Position numbers and translations under genes: made by a program. A stretch of DNA of 63,965 nt, the filler included, from Psammoneis japonica (Eukaryota): the NCBI GenBank assembly GCA_008632985.1. It is 4 parts of 4 records of this genome, joined end to end, with 100 filler letters (N's around TTAATTAATTAA, not from the genome) between each part and the next. Parts side by side here need not be neighbours in the genome. Positions count along the whole stretch, not along the records: positions 29,958 to 59,728 come from QPGO01000393.1; 3 more parts are not named here. One strand, 5' to 3'. Positions 37,716 to 50,672 of the stretch are shown here, in pieces. The notes beneath the pieces are model-generated. The model was not told where the DNA came from, searched no databases, and saw only the letters and a program-made list of their open reading frames with translations. Positions within the stretch are counted from its first letter, which is position 1; each line of letters opens with the position of its first letter.

Positions 37716-39789
37716 GGCGTCTCTCACAACCTCACAACAGCTCGAACGGAAATTAGCATAAAAATAAAACCCGACGAGAAGGGTCCAAGCAACGAGGTGG
37801 AGACCGACGAGGCGGGTTGCACAATGGCGAGAACGACCCCAGCGAGGAGGGTGGACGACGAGGAGGGCTTGTTCTCGCCATTGTGCAACCCAACGCAAAA
37901 GGTCGGAACCGAGCGTTGAGTGACTACAGGGAGCATATACAGGGTCTCCCGCTGTGAGGATCTTATATGTATAGTTTGACCGTTAACTACTTAGGGAGCG
38001 CTTTTATGTGCAAGACTTAAGTACTTTAGTACTGCAAAAAGAGTACTATGGTANATTTACTTAGAGGCGACGGTTTTTGGTGCCGACTGGCAGTCGCGTA
38101 ATAATTAAATATTCAAAACGGTTTATATGAAATTTAAATTCAAACTTATATCTATATGCATTTGATTACCTAAAACCGTTATTACGATCAAAATTTAAAA
38201 ACGTTGTTGGGATTGATTCAAATCGACCACGTAGAATTATGGGTAGTGGTATGATTTAACGGCAGAATCCTCGTAAGCTAAAGAGAGACAGTACGGTTCT
38301 ACCTACGAAAATTCTACAAGATTTTTATACAGACGTACATTTGTGTACATCTTGTACCAAGAGATCTTGTGCGACTCCGAACGGTGCGCGATCGAGTTGA
38401 TGGCTCATAATTTTTTCGAGCGGCCGATCAACAACCGCCGCTCCCTCCGACAATGGCGCTTTTGGCCGATTTGACCGGTACGACACCGCCTCCCGACCCC
38501 TACCTTGCTTGCTAGTGTTACAATCCATTTGGTCGTGCTATGTGAGTGAGCCCCGTCTCTAGAATGGGTCAGAATGACTCAAAATGTGGTGAGTTCTGAT
38601 TCTCACGCAATCAAGTCTCGTCTTCCCCCTTTCTCGTTCGCAATGGCGCTCACCTTGAACCTCCTTGTCCCGTATCTTGATCTACAGGACTCGAAGATGG
38701 GGACATCTAAGTCCATGGGTCTACACCGTCGCCGTCACCGTTTTTGGCTCCGTCCCCCGTTCCATGCCGTTCCGCCGCGGCACTTCTTCTCTCCCCGGTC
38801 CAAGCCGTCCCACCATGGCGCTGCCTCCGTTCTCCAAGCTACTGCCGCGATTTTTGTGGACTGGACGAGTCACTCGAGCCCAAGCGCCGACTTTCTACCA
38901 TTGCTCATGCCGATTTGCTGCCTGCTTTTGTCGTCCTGCTCCGTGGAGCCGCTGGACTGCCTCTCTTCCATCTGTCCTCCCTGCCCGCCGTTGACGATCC
39001 AGGCACCCCAAGTTTTTTTCCAACTGGTGAGTTTCTATTAGTTATTTGCTCGTTGTTTCATTGCACTTGTAGAAAAGTGTGTTCTCGCCTCCTTGTTTTG
39101 TTCCATGTCGCCGCAGATGTGGTCATTTTTCAGGCGCTGGTGCTGTGCTTCTCTGTGCAAGTGTTTGTGCATGCCAATGTTGTCTTGCTTTGTTCTTTTT
39201 TATTGAACACATGGCACTAACTCAAATGGACCTTTTCTCTCTTTTGCGCCCTCTTGCAACATCGTTTGATTGCTGTCGTTGCGTCTCTCTGCGGCTCTTG
39301 CATCATTGTCGGTCTCTTCGCTCGCGTCGTTTCTTCACCACGCTCGCTTCCCCTGTTAATTGTGCACACGTAATTTCTACATAAATCCCTCGTGTGTAGA
39401 GCACCAAAATGCTGCACTGCCAAATTACATGGTGACGGCCGTCAACGGTTTTTCGAATCACTCAGGTTCACCCACAATCGAGCAGTGGGAGTCCTGCCGT
39501 GCTGTTTTCAAGAAGTGAGCTCATCCCGGCACACACATCGAATCCACATTATCTTGCATTGTCGCTGAATTCTATGTTCAACATGCAAGTTCCTCTGCAA
39601 CCAATCAACATGGTAAATTGTTCAGTTCCCCTCAAGTCGATGAGGCAGACACAGAGTCGGCTTGACTCAATTTGCAGTCCGGTCACATTTGGCTGCACAA
39701 AAGGCAACAAGGAAACCCCAACAACCTGCAACAATCCCAGTGGGGTGAGGGAACCAGTTTCAGGACCTTACAAATCATGAAGCACCATG

Positions 39790-42260
39790 TTCAAAAGTCT
39801 GTCTCATTTCACGCCACCACACATGATCTTGGTGGCAATGTCTGCCGGAATGCATTCCGATTGGATGTGTCCAGCAAGGGATTCACCCATTGCCACCGAC
39901 TCTCCAATGGCATGGCAGCAAATCAAGTTTGACTTCTTCTTCAGAGCAGACTCAGGGTTCTGCGTGTTGTGAACAATGGACATGATGTTGTCACCACAGA
40001 TGTGGGACAGACCAGACAATGGTGTGCCCATCATTCGCACTTGGCACCTCAGACCATGCAAGGCTTCCATGCCCTGCTTCATGGCCACAAACTCAGCACC
40101 AAAGACCAAAGTCTCAATGGTGCTCTGGCGCTTTTGGAAAACCATGTGACCAAAGCCATGTTCAAGCAAGTGAAACAGCCGGTGCATGAGCACCTCATCA
40201 ACTTGTCATTGGCACAATCAGAGTCAACGAACAGGCACAGATCAACCTCCTTGCCTGGAGGGATTGGTGCATTGCTGGGGTCTGCCTCCTTGACATCCCC
40301 ACAAAATGACTTCCAGCCACATTCCTTGAAGTCGGACATGTCCATCTCCGGTCATGTCAGATCAAACACCAGCCTGGCATTGTGCCTGTTCTTGAGACAT
40401 CCGCACACATGCAGGACTGCCTCAAGATGGGCCCTCCCTTGGCATGGCAAGGAAGGAGGCAAGCTCAGAAATCTCAGTGATTAGATCCACGTGTCTGAGC
40501 TTGACCATCCAGCACAGGATGCCTGCCTGCGACTGGTGAAACTGAGCTTCATTGGCTCAGGCATGGTGTCAACGTTGGGCCAACAGTCACATGGGAAAGA
40601 AGCCGTTGGCAGGCATGGCAACGTCTTCCCTGGGCTCTTTGCCTGAAGATGTGCCTCTACATTCTTGACAGCCTGTTGGGTGTGCTTGCTGGAACTTGTG
40701 ACCCAAGCATGGACACCATTTGGCAGCTCCACTTCACAGATCTTGGCCCCGAGGTGCATCTCCGGATTGCCAATGGAGCCGGGCTTTATCTTGAAGTGTT
40801 GGTCAATCTCCTTTAGAGCACATGTGGCATCATGGTGCACCATCAAAATGTCATCAATGTACAACAATGCACAGGCACAGCACCAGAACCCATCGTTGGG
40901 TCGGACCTCTTCCTTCATCCAGACATCTGGGTCCACCAGGCATGGCAACCACCCCAAGTGTTGCATGCATGAGACCAAATGATTTCTGAAAGATGCGCCA
41001 TCACTCTTCAATCCACAAAGGGCACACTGGACAATTGCTCTCTTTCCTGTGTCAGGTCCAAACTCTGGTCCCAGAGTCACAGTTGTCTTCCTCCTGCTGT
41101 GGCTGGGGAGCAGTGATGCAGGCATTCTTGACTTCTGCAGCATTGATCTCAAGGTCATTGAGGGCAGCAAGAGTGAGCACAATCCTTGCACTTTCATGAG
41201 AGATGACACCAGCACATGTCAGTGCAGTCAGAGGTTCAGTGGTGCATCCCCCTGCCAGCATGTGGCGGGCCTTGCGCTTGAAGTCTTGGAGTTTGATGTC
41301 AAAGACCAACTGGCATCTGATGTGCTGGTGTCCTGCCAGCTTCTTGTCATCCTCAGCTGCCTCAAAGGCTTTTCTGACTGTGCCCATCTCCTTGTCAACA
41401 GCATCTTGCAATTGTTGGTCCCCATTTCCCTTGTCAATCTTGACAGCTTCTTTGCAAGTCTTGGGAACATGTGTCCCCCGCACTTGTGAGTCCACTTGTG
41501 GTGACGCTCATTGACAGCAGCAACAATCTGCTTGCGCTTCTTGAAGGCATGTGGAACCCACCAAGCAAAAGCCAGTTTGTCTTCATCAGATCAGGTTCTG
41601 GCATGCTCAGCCAGTTCTGTTGGGTTTGATTTTTTCAAATCTGCAGCTGCTCCCAAGAGGCAGTGCCATCCCTTCAACAAACACAAAGGTGCCATCCTTT
41701 GGTTGTTTTCCAAGCAAAGCAGCACCCTCTGCTGTCTTGGGAGACTGCGTCCTGTTTCTGAATGGCATGCTCATTGGTCTTGTGGTCTGCAATGGCATCC
41801 AGCAACAAATGCTGGTTGCTCTTGAATTCACACTGAGCAAACAAACTCTTGGCAATGACATCAGAGCCACTGGTTCTGACTCCTGACTGTTGGGGAACTC
41901 CACCTCATGGACGCACATGTCTGGGATGGGACTGGCATTGGCTTGTCCTGCCAGTGTTCTGTCTGGGCTCAGCTTCTGCCATTTGACCTTGCTGGTCTGG
42001 CATGTGTTCCCATCATGTGGCAGCAAAACTTCAGCATTCATGCAGATGTTGTGAGCCATGTCAGGTGGTGTGTGGTGTGTTGGCTTCTGGGGCACCAGAC
42101 GGGTCTTGTTCTGAGTCATCCTTGCATGGATCAAAGGTGAGAGTGATTGCATTGGGGTCATCAATGTTGCTGACGGTCATCCCAGGACCAAGCTTGGCCT
42201 CTGCCATGGCATCAAATTTGTCCTGCAATGCCAAGTGCGCAAAACTGCAATGCTGTGCTG
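39790..42260 (-). mobile_element. Ty1/copia (CoDi-like) pol remnant (RT + RNase H), second family
   Basis: FKRKAR...AGG, ALCGLKS.GASFRNHL, DPDVWM, LLYIDDIL, FVDSDCA, FGAEFVAMK, LKKKSNLICCH, ADIATK. Many frameshifts; TpA- and CpG-depleted. Confidence 0.9.
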
Positions 42261-45200
42261 TCATTTTCAAGAAGTGAGCTCATTGCAGCACACACATTGA
42301 ATGCACATTGTCGCTAAATTCTGTGTTCAACGTGCAAATTCCCACATGACAATTCCACATGGTAAATTGTTCAGTTGGACTGCGAGTGCACACGGCTGCT
42401 GCATTCAAATGCCATCCCATTGGAGGATGCAAGTGATGCATGTGAGGGTGATGGCAAAGAAACTGAGCCAAGGCTTCTGCCTCATGTTCAATCAGTGCCT
42501 GCCTTTGGGGAGTTGCTTCAAGAAACTTTTGAGTTGTTTGCCACTTGAGTTCCTCTTTCATTCTTCTCTTTTCTCATTTTGTTTCAGCATCTGGACAGTC
42601 TCCTCAAGTCTCTTGATTCTTGTTTGCTGCAAATCCAACAACCTTGTTTGATTGGCAACAGTTTGACAGATGAGGGGCATGTGGTGTGATTCTTCATCAA
42701 AGCTCTCACCACGTGCTTGTTTGCCTGTTGTTGAACTTCTTCAAATTTGATCGTTTTGAAAAATCGGAAGGTGAGTGCACACACACACACACACACAAAG
42801 TTTTGTGCACAATTGCCCTTTGATTTTAGAAAAAATCAATTTTGAAGGAGTTTGTTGTGCCAAATGCAAAAACACTGGGCCAGTGCTGGGAATTGAGCCT
42901 GTGCATGGCACCTGGAGCTGGGACAGGCCTGGCATCATGTTGACCTTGTGGCTGGGCATCCAGCTTTCCCCAGTTTTCAGAAATGCCAACATTCTTTGTC
43001 TTCTCATTCTTGTTGTCTCTCTCCATTTCTTCCACATCTTCCATTTTCTCAAACAAGCTGCCAAAAGACAGCATTTGGTCCATGCTGTGTGCAGTTGGCA
43101 GCACATTTGCTGTGTGACGCAATCATTCTCTCTCTGTTTCATTGAGGCCAGCTGGAAAGGACAGTGAGTGGTCTTTGAACTTAAATGATGCCATGAATTT
43201 ATTTTGGAAACAGACAGTTTGCCACCACAAAGAATTGCTTTTCAAAGTTGGCAATGAACAAGAAAACAGCTGTGTTGAGGACAAGTTGTGCACTGGCCAG
43301 TCCAATTGCAGTGTTGCAAATGGCTGAGCAGTGTGCCACACAGACATCAACTGAGACCATGGCCATGCTGCTGACAAAACAATGACTGTTCAAATGACAT
43401 CCTCACATGCAGGTGAGCTTTGCTCCACTCACAACATTTCTCTTTAGCCGGGCAAACATGTGGGCTGTGCAAACAATGCCCAGCCAACCCAATTTGCCTC
43501 ATTCCCATCAGCACATTCCCAGCTGGCAAAGGGGATGCTCCACCAGCAGACCCTGTCTGTGCTCCTGTTTCCAAAGTCAAGCTGCACAGTCATCAGGAAC
43601 AAACCAAAAATTGCAAATTGCCCCCCCCCCCCCCATTGAAACAGACACAATCAGTCAAAAGCAAAAAAAGACTGTGTGGGACAAGAGAAAGCTGCAGAGA
43701 AACAAGAGGCCTTGCTGCAATGGAAAAGACAGACAAGAAAGCAAACAATGCACACACAAAGATTGTGGCATTGACAGCATTGCTGAGGCTTTTTTCTTTG
43801 ACAAGTGAAACAACTGATCTTGGCATGCTCCAACTAAGTTGCAACACATGGTGAAGGAGCCACATGTTCAAGATTGTGCAGAGAAGCATTGCCACAGTTA
43901 GAAACAAATGCAAAATGACATTCCTTTGTCAAGAAGGGCATGTGTGGTGTGTGGTGCCCATCAATTGATGTCATTCAGAAATGTTGCACCAGTCACAACC
44001 AATTTTTTGCACAGGGAAAAACATCATGTGAGAGGGTGATTGGAGCCAGCAACTTTTTGGGTGCTTGGTTCAAATGCTGTCTGATCAATGGCATTGGCCT
44101 TCACTGTGCAAATCAAAGTGCTGTTGACCAGATGGCATTTCAGTTAATTTTCTAAGAAGTTGATGCTCAAATGTGGAATGTGGGTGGACACAGACAGGCC
44201 AATGACAACTGCTTTTGGTGCTCTCCTCCTGCACAATCTCTGCACAAGCATGTGCATGGGCAAACCAAGCAGCAAGAGCCAATGCCAAAACTGCCAATTG
44301 GAGCATGATGTGCCAAAGTGCAACAAGGCTCTCATGAGTGCCCTGACATTCAGAAGCAAAACAGAGTTGCAGCATCAAGAACAACAGCCAGTGCATGCTG
44401 TGCCCCATGTGGAGGATGCAAAACTCAGAAAAGAAATTTGGAACAGGCACTTGTCTGTGCCCACACCCTCTTCATGTGACAACAGCTGTGCTTTGTGCAA
44501 CTCCTGCTCTGACATGTGTTGCAGAAAAAAGCTGGCACTGCCACACAACTGTTGCTGGATGTTTTTGGGTTGCCTCTCATCACTGGTCATGGTGCAACAA
44601 TGATTGGCTCATCATCAAAAATGCCCACAACAATGCTGGTGAAACTTTTGGCAGAGACTGGGTTCTCAGAGCTGGGTGTGCATTGCAGAAACTCAATCAG
44701 GAAAGGAGTGAGCTGCACGTTGGTGCAGAATGTCTTGGTTTGCAAAGAGGGCATGTGCTGATCAGAAGAGAGGGAACACACATTTGCTGCATGACATTTG
44801 GGAGTCAGCTGGCAACAAACTGGCTGCAGGTTGCAGCTTGCCATCACACAACAACTCTCACTTGAAAAGAATGTTGGCAATGGACCCACACTCTTGTGGC
44901 GTTGCAGCAGCAAGAAACAAGGCTTTGGTGACAACAAATGTCAACACAGCTTCAAATGGCTGAGCGCCTGTTGTCATGCCATTGTTGCATCTTGCACACC
45001 CACATGTTGCGCATGTCAATGGATCTGTCATCTTCTCCAGTCTTTGCTTTGTCACACTGTCCAGAACAATGTGTGCAGAATTCCACTTGGGCTTGCAAAT
45101 GCTTGCATGCTGCAAAAGAACTCTCCAAGTTGATGAAAGCTCTCCCCACATTGGAGAAGCTCTGACAACCATTTCTTTTCTCATTGTCTTCTTGTTGTTT

Positions 45201-46280
45201 CATGAAACCAGCACACAATCTTGTCATTGAGCTCAAAGCACAACAACAATGACAGAAAAGCACACCCATTGATGGCTGTTCTCCAGCTCATGTGGCCATG
45301 CCCCAAAAGCAGCTGTGCTGCTCTTTCTTCTTCTCCTGGCTCCATGCCTCTGATGATGTCCTTGTTCAAAACATTTTCGCCCCCTTGCAAAACAATGGCA
45401 TTTTGTTTTTGCAGCTGATGACCCTGCCCCCCTTTCCTTGATCTCACCTCTCCAACAGGACCTCTTTTGTCTTTGTTCTTCCACCCCACCCTGGGACACC
45501 TCATGTGCCAAAACAGAGATGTCACTCACCCCACACTCACAACACAGTCAAATGAAAAGATGACACCCAAAAAGTGCAAAAAGCAAAAACCAAACTTTCC
45601 CACCTTGTCAGCTCCAGTTTCTGAACAGACAGCAGTGAGACGACCAACAACTCCTCTGCCAAAGCTTGCTGCCATTTCCCTGGGTCATGATCAATGACCA
45701 AGCTGAACAAAAAGCAAGCTTGACAAACCACTCCTGCAACCACGAGACTGGCAACCAATGGGCCCGGCTGCAATGTGGCATCACAACCTCACATGACCCA
45801 GAAAGTGGGGGGTGCTTTGTCAGATCAAACTCCATGAGAAAAACCAAATCCTCTGAAGTCCACTGCATTGTTGTTCTCAAAATGGCACCTCACAACCATC
45901 AAGAATTGTTTGGTGACAGTTTCTGATTTTTTCATTCTGGCTCTCCATCTAAAGCTGCAGACCACACCTTTTTGCGCTGCTTCCCTGGCCACATGAGCAC
46001 TCTGAATTTGCTGACAAAGTGTTTTGACCTGATCTTTCTCAGCAGCTGTCGATGCACACACCACCAACAGCCACAAAAACATGCTGACAGCATCACTCTA
46101 AATTTGAGGACCTCTGCAGCATCAAAGCAAGGAAAAATCAGCCACAAGTGCAACTTGCTGTTCCAAAAAAAAACACCAGAACATTGATGAAGCAGCCAAC
46201 AAAGATGTCTGGCAGTGCCGCAGCAGTCGGCAGTGGAGATGACACAGAGGCATTGCTTTGTGCTCAAGCTGGAGGACTTT
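42260..46280. mobile_element. Unclassified, highly degenerate TpA/CpG-depleted repeat DNA
   Basis: Same composition as the adjacent copia remnant; only spurious Cys/His/Gln-rich ORFs. Family not recognisable. Confidence 0.45.
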
Positions 46281-46284
46281 GCCA

Positions 46285-46674
46285 GACGCGTTCCAGGTCT
46301 AGGTGGGACCTCGCACTACTGAACTGTGACATCGACAGTTTTTTGAATCTCGTCGTATGTCGCGCACGTAGATTTCTACGTGATTTTTTCGACACTTTGT
46401 GTCATTTTACGGTACACTTATTGAGCGATCCGTCCAACAACTTTTGACATTTTTTGTTATAGCGCGATTCTATAATGTCTTAAGAATCGCGTAGGGCAGG
46501 CGTATTTGCAAAAACGTCGAGTGGTAAGAGGCATAATTGTACCACAAACTTGGCCGTTTATTTGATGTTGAAGATAAATATATCCATCAATTAAATTCTC
46601 GTACTACAGAGCTCGCACGTAGAATTCTACGGGCCCAATGTCACACGGAGTCCCACCTAGGGCTGGAACGCGTC
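46285..46674. mobile_element. MITE, 390 bp, with 25-bp TIRs and a 4-bp TSD (GCCA)
   Basis: GACGCGTTCCAGGTCTAGGTGGGAC (46285-46309) is the inverse of GTCCCACCTAGGGCTGGAACGCGTC (46650-46674) with 2 mismatches. GCCA at 46281-46284 and 46675-46678. Confidence 0.8.
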
Positions 46675-46788
46675 GCCAGGCAGATGACAGACTGGGGTTG
46701 TTCTTATCTTCTTTTTGACTCCATGAGCTTTGCAGCCTCCATTTGAAGATGGCGCAGTTGCAGGTCTGTCCTTGTGCCAACAAATGTG

Positions 46789-47715
46789 AGCTGCAGACTT
46801 GTTCCAGACTTGGGTGCACTCACGCGCAAAAAAATGACCCTTTTCGCATGAAACGCGTGGTGCACACTTGCGGCGCCATTTTCGACAGCACAAACACAAC
46901 AATTTTCAAATGTGTTGTCATGGGCACATGCAGAAAGGTCTTGTGCGTGCACCCATGTGTTTGAAACTGTGGATGGACTCAGTCATCAGTCGCTAAATTG
47001 TGCCGTAAGTTGAGAGCTCGGTTTTCCGATTGGCGATTCAAGTGTGTCTTCATGTGTGTGAAAACACACAAAATGTTGTTCTCATGCATTAATCAAGTCC
47101 TTAACATGACATAATTTTTGTTTTGTTAGAATGCGCGTGTGCAAGCAACACTCAACGGATCGAATGAAACATTCGTTGATTGATGAGTTTTGGACGACGT
47201 GAGAAGAAGTGCAGCTCAGCCCACGCAATGGCATTGACTTTGGACCATTTTTGACTGTTTAAAAGGCATGAACGATTGACACACTTGAATCAGTTGCACA
47301 CATTGAGGAAATGTACATGGCAATGGAAAAGAAATGGTCCTTTGAGGCAAGTTGTGAGTGAGCTGAGGCTCAATTGTTGTTGCCAACAGATTTGGCATCA
47401 TTGCACCGCACTGCAGCCTGCAACAAGCATTTTCATTGTTGTTGTTGATGCCACAGACTACATCAAATATGGAGGTCCTTGTCATGACATTCAATTTTCC
47501 AAAAGGCTGAAAAAAGTGGGCCGTCATGGTCACTGAAAGCCATGGCCGGTTTGGCTGTTTGTTTGTTCGAGTTTGTTCTGTTTGTTTCACTTGTGAGCCA
47601 TTAACATGATGAATTTAATGAAACATGTGCGGTGTCATGTGAAGCACAAAACATTTATTTTTTCTGCAAAAAGGGGCATGTGCGCACCACCCAAGTCTGG
47701 AACAAGTCTGCAGCT
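46789..47715. mobile_element. Non-autonomous DNA transposon, ~930 bp, with perfect 28-bp TIRs
   Basis: AGCTGCAGACTTGTTCCAGACTTGGGTG (46789-46816) and its exact reverse complement at 47688-47715; TG flanks both ends. Confidence 0.7.
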
Positions 47716-48235
47716 TGTTCTTTGACACTTTGTCAAGTGGCTGGTTGGAAAGCATGCTGAGCTTGTCCTTGACAAAGGAGGTTTTGTGCAAGCACATCAT
47801 CATCATCTTCCAGTCAACAAAAAAGAAGGCCTTGCACTCAAAACATCGCAAGATCCGTGGTTTGTTTTCCTTGGACATGGCAGCACTCATGTGCTTTTCA
47901 TTTTTGCAGTGCAGAGCATCATGAGGTCAAACCACTGAGTTTTCATTGCCAACAATCTTGCAAACTTCCAACTCATTTGTGTGGCAACTGGGTGGAATGC
48001 TCTCTTGTTTTCCCTGGCACATCGCTCGTTTCCCTTTCACACCATCTGTCTCTTGCATGTGCACCCAATGATGCCAAAAACCACACACAAAGCACAGCTG
48101 CAATGGCAACAAATTTTTGATGTCAAGGCTGTGTTGAGGCACCACCAGAGCTTGTTTTTGCTCTGCATGAAAACAATGGCTGGCAACCAGGGTGCAGCTT
48201 TTTGCACCCTGTGCACTTTGAGAGTGAAAGATGTC

Positions 48236-48562
48236 AGACTGGCCACATAAAAAGGTGCTAACGGAGCTCGAAATAGCTCGAATGGTCGATTTTTAGGTGT
48301 GGACATCGATGGAAAGCTCTCGTCAGGCTCTTTGTAGTCATGTATGTGTTGTTTATAGTCATGTATGTGTTGTTTATCAATTCGTTTTTCCTAATGAATG
48401 GATGCCGGTAAAACATCTCAACGGTAATAATAATTTGTTATAAATTATGTATGTACATGAAAGATAATTATTTATTGAACGATTGCGTTCTGCGCGCTTT
48501 TTCTCAACAAATGTTTTGGGAGCTCGAGAGCGCGCGTTAACACCTTTTTATGTGGCCAGTCT
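48236..48562. mobile_element. MITE, ~327 bp, with 28-bp TIRs
   Basis: AGACTGGCCACATAAAAAGGTGCTAACG (48236-48263) versus CGTTAACACCTTTTTATGTGGCCAGTCT (48535-48562), 1 mismatch. AT-rich interior with a ~21-bp tandem duplication at ~48335-48377. Confidence 0.8.
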
Positions 48563-49283
48563 TGTGTTTTCCTGTGCATGCCCCAATTTTTCTTGGTGCC
48601 TTGTTGCTGCCACAACAGTCTCTGCAGGACTCAAAGCTGGAAAGATGCCCGACCACCACAAAGACTTCAAACAAATGTGCATATCTGTTTGACTTTGTCT
48701 TCTTTGCAGTGACCTGGGCGTGTGGGGAGGTTTTGATGGTGGTGTCGCCCTCGCCCTTGGATTGTGTTTTAAAAAATGTCTTCCTCTTTCCCGCGCTTTC
48801 TGCGAGATAATAAATATAAAATGCTTAGGATGATTATATTTGAAATTAAAACAATAAGTGTATAAATATTTTTAATATTCAATCCAACGCACGCACGCAA
48901 CACCATCGTCAATCGTCACAAAGTCGAGAACACAACGCACCAATCGTCCACCACATGAACATACGTACATCGCCAACCAACAACCGACACCAACAACAAG
49001 AAAGATGAAGAACCAAAGCGAGCTGCGACGCTTGGTAGTCGTAATCTCAAGCACTCTTGTTTTTTGAAGCAGAAGATGTAGAAGACATTGTATCATCAAC
49101 GAGACGCAAAAGCCGCGGCTTGCAACGGTACGTCCATTTTTTGATGGGATTGATGTGTGGAATCTATTTCCATTTATGTATCTAATGTATGATGTGTTGT
49201 TCACCTACTTGTGTACAGCACAGTTCATCACTGCATCTGCAAATAATGTCTTTATACGCTCGGATTCATCAAAAGAGCATTTT

Positions 49284-50260
49284 TCACGACTTTTGCCATC
49301 CTCCTCTTCTACCCTTGCCTCTCCTTGCGCCTTTCGGTGGAGTCGGTTCCTCTTTGCCTTCTGTATTCCTGAACCGCCTTCTGAACCCTATTGACCGGGA
49401 TTTCCTTTCCATTTCTAAGCGTGGTAGGATATCTGATTGGAGGCTTGTTACGCCGTCTTTGCCGAGTGGTTTTTCGGAAATGTGTCGGACCCCTGCCCTT
49501 GCCTTTGCTAGCTGATGCACGCTGTGGACAAGGGATGGATAGTCTGTTCCAATGTAACACAGTACTGCCTCCCTTTCCAACGGGGCGGCGACGCGGACGA
49601 CCCTTGGACGGAGCTGGCGTTGGCTCTGAATCTGGTTGGATACACGGACACTTGCGTTTGTTCCTTTTCTTGAATCCGCAAGCACAAAGATCCCCTTCTG
49701 GTACCCCGCTTTGAATGTTTCAATTACCACGCTTTGTGGCATGCCGTACTTCACTTAAAAACTGGCACTGTTGAGCAGCTCAGTCGCGACATTCCTTGAA
49801 AATTCTTTCCTTCCTCCACCGCGCCTCCTCAAAATGTACTACTCCAGGGTCCTGTCTCCAAAGGCGTCGACACCAAAGACGGCATCAATTTTCTCATTCC
49901 TTTGTACCCCTTCCAGATTTTTGATCCCCATACGTCCGACCCAGTATTCTTGCTTACATCCTTGGTTTCTTCTACCATACGCAGAGAAGAAGCCGGGTCG
50001 CTGGCATCAACTTGTATGGGCTCGTTCCCGGTGGGGTATATCTTCCGCTGACTGTTGCCCCTGAGCCCGGTTGATCTGGATGTTGCGGTTGTTGTAGCTT
50101 CATAAATCCAAGTCTCCCCTGGTTGCAAACACCCGCTAGGTTTCCGGAACAAAACATGATCTCTGGGACAAAGCGCGGATCAGTATCCGATGTTGAAATG
50201 TTTCTCTGAGGCGCATTACCAGGATTCGTCACTCCCTGAGAACCACTTGTTGGCTTCCTG
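49284..50260 (-). pseudogene. Degraded paralog of the C-terminal part of the giant surface protein
   Basis: Fragments TNPGNAPQRNISTSDTDPR, LQPGETWIYEA, GATVSGRY and KYGMPQSVVIETF align by eye with TNRGNVPLRNIIFSEIDPR, LQPGATWVWEA, GMVSGRY and EYGLSPNQVIDLF of ORF 50673-52589. Multiple frameshifts. Confidence 0.65.
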
Positions 50261-50672
50261 GTGCATCAGAGCTATCTTGGCCGTTTGCCTCCGTCACGAT
50301 ATCAATCAAAAGGGATTCGGTCCAAAGCAGCTACTTCCATCACTTTGCGGATATGTCCTGGTCGTTGCACGTGGCAGTGACATTTACAACTGATGCAGAA
50401 TCAATGTGTCATCACAACATTTTGTGCCAAAAATGCGAGCTTCGATCACTTTTTATAGGGTGGTCGAATCCATGTCATGTGTTCTGATCTGATCCCGTAT
50501 GAGCGGATGAATCTTTGACACCAATCTCACTCTCGTTGGTATGTTACTGTATACGATGTACACCTTGATGTATGTATTGTTCTTTTATATGCAATTAATT
50601 CATTTGGTATTCTCTAATTTTCACGAAAGAAGGAACTCACATGTTTTGATTTCTGGCATAAACGTCAATCCT

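Noticed and set aside
38550..39400. Possible spliced gene (GTGAGT donors near 38589 and 39027) at the edge of the TE block
   Set aside because: No coherent frame or recognisable domain could be built.
39400..48230. Dozens of overlapping Cys/His/Gln-rich ORFs as novel small or metal-binding proteins
   Set aside because: They are a by-product of TA loss (no TAA/TAG stops) and TG/CA excess. The only recognisable motifs are copia pol.
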